Notes under the pieces: model-generated
The model's input: only the letters and a program-made list of their open reading frames with translations
Told to the model about the DNA's origin: nothing
Databases searched by the model: none
Position numbers and translations under genes: made by a program
Shown here: piece after piece, positions 8,568 to 16,421 of the stretch
Layout of the letters: every line of letters begins with the position of its first letter
How positions within the stretch are numbered: the first letter of the stretch is position 1
Assembly (NCBI RefSeq): GCF_000341895.1
Contig: NC_020409.1
Coordinates: forward strand, 2,640,001-2,672,000
DNA length: 32,000 bases
Source: Pseudodesulfovibrio piezophilus C1TLV30
GTDB lineage: Bacteria; Desulfobacterota; Desulfovibrionia; Desulfovibrionales; Desulfovibrionaceae
Reading direction: 5' to 3'

Positions 8568-10370
8568 CTAGGAGTTCATTTCATCAATCAAGGCACGAAG
8601 CTGATTGGACAATTTGACCAACTCCGTGATTGCCGAGGCAGACTGGTTCATACCCTGCACGGTTTCGCTGGCGATCATGTTGATATCATCCACCGCCTGA
8701 TTGATTTCTTCACTGGCAGCAGATTGTTCTTCTGCTGCGGTGGCGATGGACTGAACCTGCCCGGAGGTCTCATCGGCGAATTCAACTATCTGACTGAGGG
8801 ACGCCCCGGATTGGTTGGCCAATTCCGTGGCGCGTTCAACTGCCGTGGCTGCCGTATCCACGCTTCGGATATTGGCAGCAGCACCGTCTTGAATGGTTTG
8901 AATGGCTGTGCCGACCTGTTTGGTAGCATCCATGGTTTTTTCCGCCAGTTTGCGAACTTCATCAGCAACAACCGCGAAACCGCGTCCGGCTTCGCCCGCT
9001 CGGGCCGCTTCAATGGCGGCATTGAGCGCGAGGAGATTGGTTTGGTCGGCAATATCCTCGATGACATTCATTATTTGGCCAATATCAGTGGTTTGGGTTC
9101 CCAATTGGTCCATGGACCCTTTGAGGGTCGCGGTCAATTGGTGGACCTCACTGATAGCCTGGATAGCATCCTTGACGATCCGCGCGCCTTCCTGTGCCTG
9201 GTCCTTGGCCTGCTGGGCGGAACTGGCGGAACTGGCCGAGTTCTGGGCCACTTCAAGAACCGTCGCATTCATTTCTTCCATGGCGGTGGCGGTTTGTGAA
9301 GTCCGTTCGCGTTGGACTTCGGCTCCGTTGCTGACCTGATCGGCCTGTGAAGAAAGCTGATCGGCAGCACTGGTCACTTGTTCAGCTATGAGAGAGGCAT
9401 CGTGAGCAACGTGTTGCATCTTTGTCAGTAATGAATTGGCTTTATCTTCCTGTTCCTTGGCTTCACTCATGGCGGTTTCGGCCTTGCCCTTGGCAACTTC
9501 GGCTTCTTCCTTCTGTTGAGCAGCCTCCAGCATTTTTTCCTTGAGATTTTCAACCATCTTGGCAATGGCATCTTTCACGATCCTCAATTCAGCGGAGAAG
9601 GAACCCTCAGGCGTTGCCGTCAATTCGCCTTCTGCAACAGACTGTGCAAAATTGCGGATACGGAAAAGGGGTGAAACAATAACCAGGTTGACCAGGAACC
9701 AGGATGCAGCTCCAATGAGAAGGAGAATGATCATTGTTTCGACGGCCGTGAACAATTTTGCATCCACTATCTTGGCTTGGGCTGCATCAAGGGAGGCAAT
9801 GATTTCAAAGGCTCCGTGAATTTCACCCTCTTTCCAACCTTCTCGCGTGCCCCCTGCCGGATCAGTGGAACCTTTGGGGTCACCATGGCAATAGAGGCAT
9901 TCTTTCGATAATCTGATGGGGCGGAAGTAGCGAATCTGGTGTTCCTCCTCCAGGAGATATTCCTCAAGGTTTTCAGCCTTGAGTTTGTCGAGGATCTGGA
10001 GTTCCAGTTCCGTGGGAGTATTGATGGGATTTCTCGGAGAAACCTTGGGAGCTCTGAATTTGTAGTCAAGCTTGTCCGCATTGAGCTGCGCCATATTGAT
10101 AGCCGTGATAATGGGGACAGCTTCCAGCAGCTTTTCTTTGGTTTCAAACTCTTCAAAAGGTTTTATGACGCCCATGTTGAGTTTTTTGGACATTTCATCC
10201 CGTGCAGCTTCAGCCATGAGAATGACTGCCCGGCTTTGGTGCAGGATGTCTTCCCGTCCCGCTTTGCTGATCTGGCTGACTTGTTGGAAAACCAAAACCG
10301 TGGCCATAATGACCGGACCTGCTATTGCCAAGGCCAGAATCTTGTATTTCAGACTGACATTTTCAAACAT
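8568..10370 (-). CDS. methyl-accepting chemotaxis protein with a periplasmic heme-c (CXXCH) sensor domain
   Basis: 600 aa. Layout is TM1, ~190-aa periplasmic domain containing CLYCH (9885-9899), TM2, HAMP, then the MCP signalling domain with the conserved tip [39 protein letters not shown]. Confidence 0.95.
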   Translation of the reverse strand: MFENVSLKYKILALAIAGPVIMATVLVFQQVSQISKAGREDILHQSRAVILMAEAARDEMSKKLNMGVIKPFEEFETKEKLLEAVPIITAINMAQLNADKLDYKFRAPKVSPRNPINTPTELELQILDKLKAENLEEYLLEEEHQIRYFRPIRLSKECLYCHGDPKGSTDPAGGTREGWKEGEIHGAFEIIASLDAAQAKIVDAKLFTAVETMIILLLIGAASWFLVNLVIVSPLFRIRNFAQSVAEGELTATPEGSFSAELRIVKDAIAKMVENLKEKMLEAAQQKEEAEVAKGKAETAMSEAKEQEDKANSLLTKMQHVAHDASLIAEQVTSAADQLSSQADQVSNGAEVQRERTSQTATAMEEMNATVLEVAQNSASSASSAQQAKDQAQEGARIVKDAIQAISEVHQLTATLKGSMDQLGTQTTDIGQIMNVIEDIADQTNLLALNAAIEAARAGEAGRGFAVVADEVRKLAEKTMDATKQVGTAIQTIQDGAAANIRSVDTAATAVERATELANQSGASLSQIVEFADETSGQVQSIATAAEEQSAASEEINQAVDDINMIASETVQGMNQSASAITELVKLSNQLRALIDEMNS

Positions 10371-10570
10371 GAAGAACCTCGCGTGAAGGCTGATGGAAAA
10401 GATATATACAGTACAGTGGAAATCCGATCACAAAAGGAAATGTAGCAGAAAAAAAAAGAGTGGGGAATTAGAATGTAACTTTCAAGGGTATTACATCGCT
10501 TTTTCTCCAGGATGATTCTTTATGGGGATGGGGAAAAATCCGCAGCAGTCTCATCATGGTTCATGCGAAC

Positions 10571-11236
10571 CTACATGGCCCAGGTTTCAAGATCAATGAG
10601 ACCGAGCCTGGCTGCGTATCGTATCAGTTCAACGGTGCTTTGAAGACCAAGTTTCTTCATCAAATTTGTTCTGTGATTTTCCACTGTTTTCGGGCTGATG
10701 TAGAGTTTGTCAGCAACCTCCTTGGTCGTCAATCCTTCAGCCAGCATTCGCATGACCTCCTGCTCGCGCGAAGTCAGGGTAGAATATGGGTCCTGTTCAT
10801 TTTCATGTGTATTACCCTTGGCTTGGAGCAGTTTGAAGACAACTTCTTGCGAAAGGGCATTGTCCAGAAAGAGTTCCCCCTTGGCGACGGTATCCAATCC
10901 CTTGATAAGGTTGGACGCGGCTGATTCTTTGATCATGTACCCTGTGGCCCCTGCTCGAAAGGCCTCGACAATGTAATCTGCCTCGGAATGCATGGAAATG
11001 ATGATGAAGTTGGTGGAGGGGAGCGCTTCCTTGAGTTCACGCATCATCTGTATGCCATTTTTACCGGGCATGGATATGTCCACCAACATGATATCCGGTT
11101 TATGTTTCTTGCCCAGTTTGATGCCATCCCTGCCATTGCCTGCCTCGGCCACGACTGTGTAGCGTTTGTCTCGGTTGACGATGGTTTTCAAGCCTTCCCT
11201 GAAGAGCGGGTGGTCGTCGACTATTATGAGTTCCAT
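10571..11236 (-). CDS. NarL/FixJ (LuxR-type HTH) response regulator
   Basis: 221 aa. REC motifs IIVDDHPLF and LVDISMPG. C-terminal LuxR HTH LTSREQEVMRMLAEGLTTKEVADKLYISPKTVENHRTNLMKKLG. Confidence 0.95.
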   Translation of the reverse strand: MELIIVDDHPLFREGLKTIVNRDKRYTVVAEAGNGRDGIKLGKKHKPDIMLVDISMPGKNGIQMMRELKEALPSTNFIIISMHSEADYIVEAFRAGATGYMIKESAASNLIKGLDTVAKGELFLDNALSQEVVFKLLQAKGNTHENEQDPYSTLTSREQEVMRMLAEGLTTKEVADKLYISPKTVENHRTNLMKKLGLQSTVELIRYAARLGLIDLETWAM

Positions 11237-11243
11237 TGTGCCA

Positions 11244-14200
11244 TTACCTCCTGGCGCTCGTGATGGGGATGGTGAAAATGACCCTGGTCCCGGTGCCGAT
11301 GCGTGATTGCAATTCCATGGACCCGCCTATCAATTTTGCTCTTTCTTCCATACTGCGCAGCCCCATACGGCGTTCTTTAGCTGCTTCGGCCACTCGTCGC
11401 GCCACAGGGAAGCCATCTCCATTGTCCTCAATACGGATGAGCAGGTTGGGATAACTTGTGACCAGGCGGACGGTCGAACGGGTGGCATTGGAGTGTTTTC
11501 CCATGTTGCTCAGTGCTTCTTGCACCATTCTATAGATGTTGATTTCCGTATCAAAATCCAGTTTTGTATTTTCAATGCCTGTGGAAAAAAAGTCAATATC
11601 AACGCGTGTTCTGCCTGAAACTTCTTCGCAGTGGCGCTCCAGTGCCAAGGGGAGTCCCAGCTGGTCGAGGGCAGGAGGTCTCAGGCCATAAGCGATGTCC
11701 CGCACAGCGGCAATCGCCCCCCTGATGATATCGGTGACCGCATCGCTGCGGCGGATGACCTTTGCTGCCACGGCAGGTGCACCGTCAAACAGGGTTTCCA
11801 TGTTCAACACTATGGATGACAGATCCTGAGCCACATTGTCGTGCAGGTCTCGAGATATACGCTGACGTTCGTCCTCCTGGACCCGAATGATCTGACGGGT
11901 CAGGGAAAGTATCTGGTCCTGTGCCTTCTGGCGTTCTTCCACTTCTCGGGTCAATTTGAGGTTGGTTTGCGAAAGTTCTGCCGTCCGTTGCCTGACGCGG
12001 GCTTCCATTTCGGCATGGGCCACACGCAGTTCCTGTTCGAGCGCCTTATAGTGGGAAATGTCGGTGATAATTTTTAGTTCAGCGTTTTTACCGCCCCATC
12101 GAATGGGTTTGATGCTCAGGGTTATCCATTTGATTTCTCCCTGCTTGGTAATGACCCGGAGTGTGGCAAATCCCTCTTCCCGCAGACCGGAAGAGTATTC
12201 GGCCATCTGCTGCATGGCGTGAGTCTTGTCCTCGGGGTGGGCAACCTCAAAAGGACTGAGCAGCATCAGTTCTTCATAAGAATAGCCAAGAATTTCGCTC
12301 AGGGCGTCATTGGCAAACATTGGTTTGTCATTCAGGGCAACGACGACTCCTTCCTGAGCATTCTCCACCAGGACTCGGTATCGTTCTTCGGACTCCATCA
12401 GTGCCTGCTCGGCGCGTTTTCTCGGAGTCACATCAATGAGTGAAACAATCATCCGAGAGAGCGATCCCTGATATTCCGGCGGGACCGTGAAATGAACAAC
12501 CACCCAGATAATCTTGCCTTCAAGTGTTCTATGGGTAATTTCCCCACTGTATTCACATCCCCCGGATGCAAGCAGAATCATTTCCTCGGCAAAGGCGGCC
12601 ATGGATCTTTCCGTGAGGATCTTGTCGAGATTCCCCATCAGCTCGGCCTGGCTGTCGGCCCGGAGCAATTCAAGAGTGGCTTTGTTGACGGCCACGACTT
12701 CCACCAGTGACGCGCAGGTGCCCAGTGACTCGGGATTTTCATGGAAATAACTTCTGAAATCGCTGATACCCTGAAGTTTGAGCTTGTCGAAATATGCTTT
12801 GAGCCGGGTCAGATCCTCTTCCCACAATGAGATGGGAGAGTCTTCAAACAGGGTTCGAAACCTGGATTCACTGCGCCTCATGGCGTCTTCGGCCCACTTT
12901 CGCTCCGTAATATCCCGGCTGACGCCCAGATAGCCAGAGGGTTTGCCATTGGCAGTGAAGGTCCTCCGGATGACGGTTTCAGCCCACACTAAACTTCGGT
13001 CTTTTCGAACATGCTCGTACACATTGATGTTCGTGTCGGAAAACTGGCCTTGTTTTTCGGCTTTGTGGCGTTGTCGATTGCTGAGAAGGAGGGCTTGCCA
13101 TGATTGGTGTGTAAACAATTTTTTGTAGTCGAGCCGTTTGAGTTCTTCAGGCGTGTATCCCCATAATGCTTCGGCTGAGGGGGTCGCGTAGGTAAATTCT
13201 CCGGCAGTATTCTGGGTCCAGACCACATCCGAGATGTTCTCCACTAGCAGGCGGTATTTCTTTTCACTGGCCTTGAGCGCCTGTTCAGCGGCTTTGGCTT
13301 CCGTGACATCCGTGGCAATTCCCTCGATGGCAATGGTTTTTCCTTTGCCGTCCCGGATCAGGACAATGCGTTGTCGAACCCATCGAACAGCGCCTGACTT
13401 GTGGATGAATTGATATTCGTATTCCGACCGAATTCTGTCATCATGGTGTTCATTCCAGCACTGGCGTGCATATTCTTGCCAGTCAGGATGAATGATTCTG
13501 AAAATGAGTGAGCCGTCCTCCATGAATTCCTCGGCCGTGTAGCCGGAAAATTGTTCCACGGACGGGCTGATATATTCATAGAGACCGTCAGGAACCCGGA
13601 TTCTGAAGAAAATATCACTGGTGGAACTGGAGATGAAGTGCAGGCTTTCCCGAGTCGATGCCAGATCTTCCTGCACGGCGTGTCGTTCCGTGACATCAGT
13701 AATGATTCCTTCAATGGCTATGGGCGAGCTGCCTTCATCCTTGACAACGGTGATGCGTTGGTTGACCCAGCGGAAAGAGCCATCCTTGTGTCTTAAGGGT
13801 TGCTCGTATTCGTAGCGACTCTTTCCAGCCAGGAATTCTCCCCACCACATTTCGAAGGTCTCTATCCAGTCTGCGGGGGTGAGCCGTTCAAAGAGTCGAG
13901 GTGTCTGGTAAAAATCCTGGGGGGGATATCCTGTGATGCTTTCGATGGCTGAGCTGATGTAATCATATCGACCATCAGTCAGACGCAACCGAAAGAGGCA
14001 GTCACTGGTATTTTCTGAAAGGAATTTCAGGTGGCGTTCCGTCTGAGTCAGGGCATTGCGCAATCGCATGGATGCGGATGCATCGCGCATGACGGTAATG
14101 ACGTGAATCAAACGTCCGTTGTCATCGAAAACAGGGTCTATACGCCCCCATATGGCACAGAGACGCCCTGCTTTGGTTCTGATCGTGTATTCGCCTTCCC

Positions 14201-14486
14201 AACTTTTTCCGGAATTGATGGTCGGGATAATGACCTCGGCATAGAGAAGACGCGTTTGTTCCACGAGGATTTCATCGAGACTTTTTTCCTGAAGTTCTCT
14301 GAGCGTGTAACCATAAAATTCGAGAAAGGCATGGTTTGCATAAACCGGGCGCAGGTCTTTGTCCCGAATGGACATGGCTACCCCGGATGCTTCCAGAACC
14401 TGTTTGAACAGGCGCTGTTGCATTTTTTCTTCACCCTGGAGGTCGCCTGGTCTGTGAAAATTCGGAGTTTTTAATTTGGTTCTCAT
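11244..14486 (-). CDS. cytoplasmic multi-PAS sensor histidine kinase, HisKA_3 (NarX/DegS-type) class
   Basis: 1080 aa with no obvious TM segment. About 6-7 PAS/PAC units, H-box DERQRISRDLHDNVAQDL, and an HATPase_c C-terminus. Ends 7 nt upstream of the NarL-type regulator gene. Confidence 0.9.
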   Translation of the reverse strand: MRTKLKTPNFHRPGDLQGEEKMQQRLFKQVLEASGVAMSIRDKDLRPVYANHAFLEFYGYTLRELQEKSLDEILVEQTRLLYAEVIIPTINSGKSWEGEYTIRTKAGRLCAIWGRIDPVFDDNGRLIHVITVMRDASASMRLRNALTQTERHLKFLSENTSDCLFRLRLTDGRYDYISSAIESITGYPPQDFYQTPRLFERLTPADWIETFEMWWGEFLAGKSRYEYEQPLRHKDGSFRWVNQRITVVKDEGSSPIAIEGIITDVTERHAVQEDLASTRESLHFISSSTSDIFFRIRVPDGLYEYISPSVEQFSGYTAEEFMEDGSLIFRIIHPDWQEYARQCWNEHHDDRIRSEYEYQFIHKSGAVRWVRQRIVLIRDGKGKTIAIEGIATDVTEAKAAEQALKASEKKYRLLVENISDVVWTQNTAGEFTYATPSAEALWGYTPEELKRLDYKKLFTHQSWQALLLSNRQRHKAEKQGQFSDTNINVYEHVRKDRSLVWAETVIRRTFTANGKPSGYLGVSRDITERKWAEDAMRRSESRFRTLFEDSPISLWEEDLTRLKAYFDKLKLQGISDFRSYFHENPESLGTCASLVEVVAVNKATLELLRADSQAELMGNLDKILTERSMAAFAEEMILLASGGCEYSGEITHRTLEGKIIWVVVHFTVPPEYQGSLSRMIVSLIDVTPRKRAEQALMESEERYRVLVENAQEGVVVALNDKPMFANDALSEILGYSYEELMLLSPFEVAHPEDKTHAMQQMAEYSSGLREEGFATLRVITKQGEIKWITLSIKPIRWGGKNAELKIITDISHYKALEQELRVAHAEMEARVRQRTAELSQTNLKLTREVEERQKAQDQILSLTRQIIRVQEDERQRISRDLHDNVAQDLSSIVLNMETLFDGAPAVAAKVIRRSDAVTDIIRGAIAAVRDIAYGLRPPALDQLGLPLALERHCEEVSGRTRVDIDFFSTGIENTKLDFDTEINIYRMVQEALSNMGKHSNATRSTVRLVTSYPNLLIRIEDNGDGFPVARRVAEAAKERRMGLRSMEERAKLIGGSMELQSRIGTGTRVIFTIPITSARR

Positions 14487-14596
14487 TGTAATTCAGTCAG
14501 TTAATTGCTCTGTTATCCATAAGATGCCTGAATGTGAAGCATAGCGTATTCAGGTGATAAAAGGAAGGTTGATATCCCATCAATTCAGCAACATCC

Positions 14597-16093
14597 CTAG
14601 TCCTGCTCTCTTGGAGAGCTTTGGGATCGAATCCAGGACACGGCCAATCGGGCGTGGTCTTCGGAAACATTTTCAACCCATCCGGATTCTTCGCCTTGTG
14701 CAGCCATGACATCCCGGCTTGCTTTGAGAGGTGCCAAAACGATCGTGAAGGGGCGGCCCTGTGTCTCTCGTAATGTTTCCAGTTGACTGACCAGTGACTT
14801 CCATTTGTTGGTTTCACGTCCGGTGATCAGCCAGAAGGTCGGGACAGTCAGGGTCGAGATGACATTCATATCAGGAAGCATGTCCGGTGACGCGGAGTCG
14901 TCCAACAGACAAACGACAAAGGCGGGAGGATTGGTCGAGGCACACGCCGCGCTGACAACAGGGGCCACGCCATTCCCATTCCCCCACAGTCCTGGAACCC
15001 GAGTTTTCCCGTGCAAGCGAGTTGTGAGTTCCCGCAAGGCCGCCCTGGTATCGACCACGAGATCGTGCTGGCTCCCGGAGGGGGAGCCGTCTTCACATCC
15101 CCGTATCTGGAAAGAAAGTGAGGCTATCCCCTGCGCCGAAAGCGATCGTGTAAATCCGTGCACCAGACCCGGCTCCACACACTGGTTGCCATGGACAAAG
15201 ACCACTCCGATAGTGACAGCATCGGATGGAGGCCAAGACGCATACCCCTTGTGGTCTTTGCCTCCGGCCGTAAAGGATATCTCTTCTTCTCTGACATGAA
15301 TCTTGTGGGGGTAGTGGGCAATGCGGTCATCATCGGTCATAAGGATGAAGCGCTCAATCCGATCGTTTTTTGCCAGAAAGGTGACACTGCCTGTGACAGG
15401 TTCATCTTCGTAAAGTGAAGGGCCGATTGTGTAGACGTACTTTCCGAATTCCTTCATGCGACGCAGCGTCTTGTTTTTGGAGTCATAGATAAGGAATCGG
15501 CCGTATTTGGTGTTACGGGCATCAATGATGGAGATGGTACGGTTGTCTTTCGTGGTGAATTGGCCGGAAAATTCATCAGTTGAGTAGGAGTAATAGTCAG
15601 CCATCATTGTTCGGCCAAAGCGCGCCTCGTGCCCCCGGTGGACGATCGTGTCGTTTGTGCGGACATCTATCCGCGTGGCTGGTTTTGTGGAGTTCGGGAT
15701 TTTGACTGGGCTTATTTCCACGACTTCAGACGGCAATAACGGTCCCTGTGTATTCCTCGGCTCAAGGGAACTTGGGGGAATCTCCGGTTTGTCATGATCT
15801 TTGCGTCCGGGGGTGACCGGATCGGGAAGGGGACGATCGTCATCAAGAATCACGGTTTTATCTGCAGGAAGAGGCCGCACGGATTCCGATGGCCGGTCCT
15901 GAAGGGGGATCAAGGGTGACTCTGGTTGCGACAAAGCAGGGAGTGGAACAATGACAGTCGGTGTCTCCAGTTCAGTCAGTTCCACTTCCATGATATCAGG
16001 CAACTTCGGCGGTACCATGCGAATCGCCTGGGCAAGGAACAGTGCCATGCCTATGTGGAGAAAAAGTGAGAGGAACCAACTGACGTACCGCAT
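14597..16093 (-). CDS. hypothetical membrane-anchored protein: TonB-like N-terminus, Pro-rich linker, C-terminal alpha/beta-hydrolase-like fold
   Basis: ATG at 16093 gives MRYVSWFLSLFLHIGMALFL, a TM helix with S-x3-H. It is followed by ~110 aa of Pro-rich sequence, a beta-rich middle region, and VVFVHGN...GLWGNGNG...SEDH at the C-terminus. The ORF-track start at 16237 adds 48 residues with no recognisable feature. Confidence 0.7.
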   Translation of the reverse strand: MRYVSWFLSLFLHIGMALFLAQAIRMVPPKLPDIMEVELTELETPTVIVPLPALSQPESPLIPLQDRPSESVRPLPADKTVILDDDRPLPDPVTPGRKDHDKPEIPPSSLEPRNTQGPLLPSEVVEISPVKIPNSTKPATRIDVRTNDTIVHRGHEARFGRTMMADYYSYSTDEFSGQFTTKDNRTISIIDARNTKYGRFLIYDSKNKTLRRMKEFGKYVYTIGPSLYEDEPVTGSVTFLAKNDRIERFILMTDDDRIAHYPHKIHVREEEISFTAGGKDHKGYASWPPSDAVTIGVVFVHGNQCVEPGLVHGFTRSLSAQGIASLSFQIRGCEDGSPSGSQHDLVVDTRAALRELTTRLHGKTRVPGLWGNGNGVAPVVSAACASTNPPAFVVCLLDDSASPDMLPDMNVISTLTVPTFWLITGRETNKWKSLVSQLETLRETQGRPFTIVLAPLKASRDVMAAQGEESGWVENVSEDHARLAVSWIRSQSSPREQD

Positions 16094-16421
16094 GTCTGCC
16101 TGCCGTTCTTGTATAAGCCCATTCTGGAGTTTTGACGCATTGCCGCTCCGCGCGGGCGCATGGTGACGTATCAGTCCCCGCTCCAGAGTAAGGCTGACAC
16201 CTTTTTCATCTGTAAACCTGCCACCACGAGAATGCAAGCCGCATTATTTGTATAAGCGATTGTCATTTCAGACGATTACAGTGGGGTTCCCTGACTTGGA
16301 CATGCCGTGGACAGTTTCTTCTCGTGTGGATCAATCAGGTTGTTCTCCAGAGCAACTGACGATAGAAAGAGCTGTATAGTCAAATCCCGGCGGGCGTTGC
16401 CCCAGGGAAAGGAGAGGTTCA

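Noticed and set aside
8900-9110. DNA-level similarity between 8900-9110 and 23290-23500, which looks like a dispersed repeat
   Set aside because: It corresponds to the universally conserved MCP signalling tip ([44 protein letters not shown]) in two paralogous receptors. It is not a mobile or repeat element.
8535-9339. Long plus-strand ORFs (254 aa and 145 aa) antisense to the MCP gene, and likewise 23279..24481 (400 aa) antisense to the second MCP
   Set aside because: Their composition is low-complexity Gly/Leu/Arg-rich, they lack RBS signals, and they fall entirely within confidently identified MCP coding sequence. Ala/Glu/Gln-rich coiled-coil genes routinely give open antisense frames.
10450-10500. 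AT-rich hairpin ATGTAA...TTACAT plus an A9 run as the terminator of the NarL-type regulator gene
   Set aside because: The stem is only 6-7 AT-rich bp and is separated from the T-run on the minus strand. Too weak to call.
14536-14563. Hairpin CCTGAAT-N14-ATTCAGG downstream of the 14597 gene stop
   Set aside because: A 7-bp stem with a large loop and no U-tract on the minus strand. Cannot be distinguished from chance.
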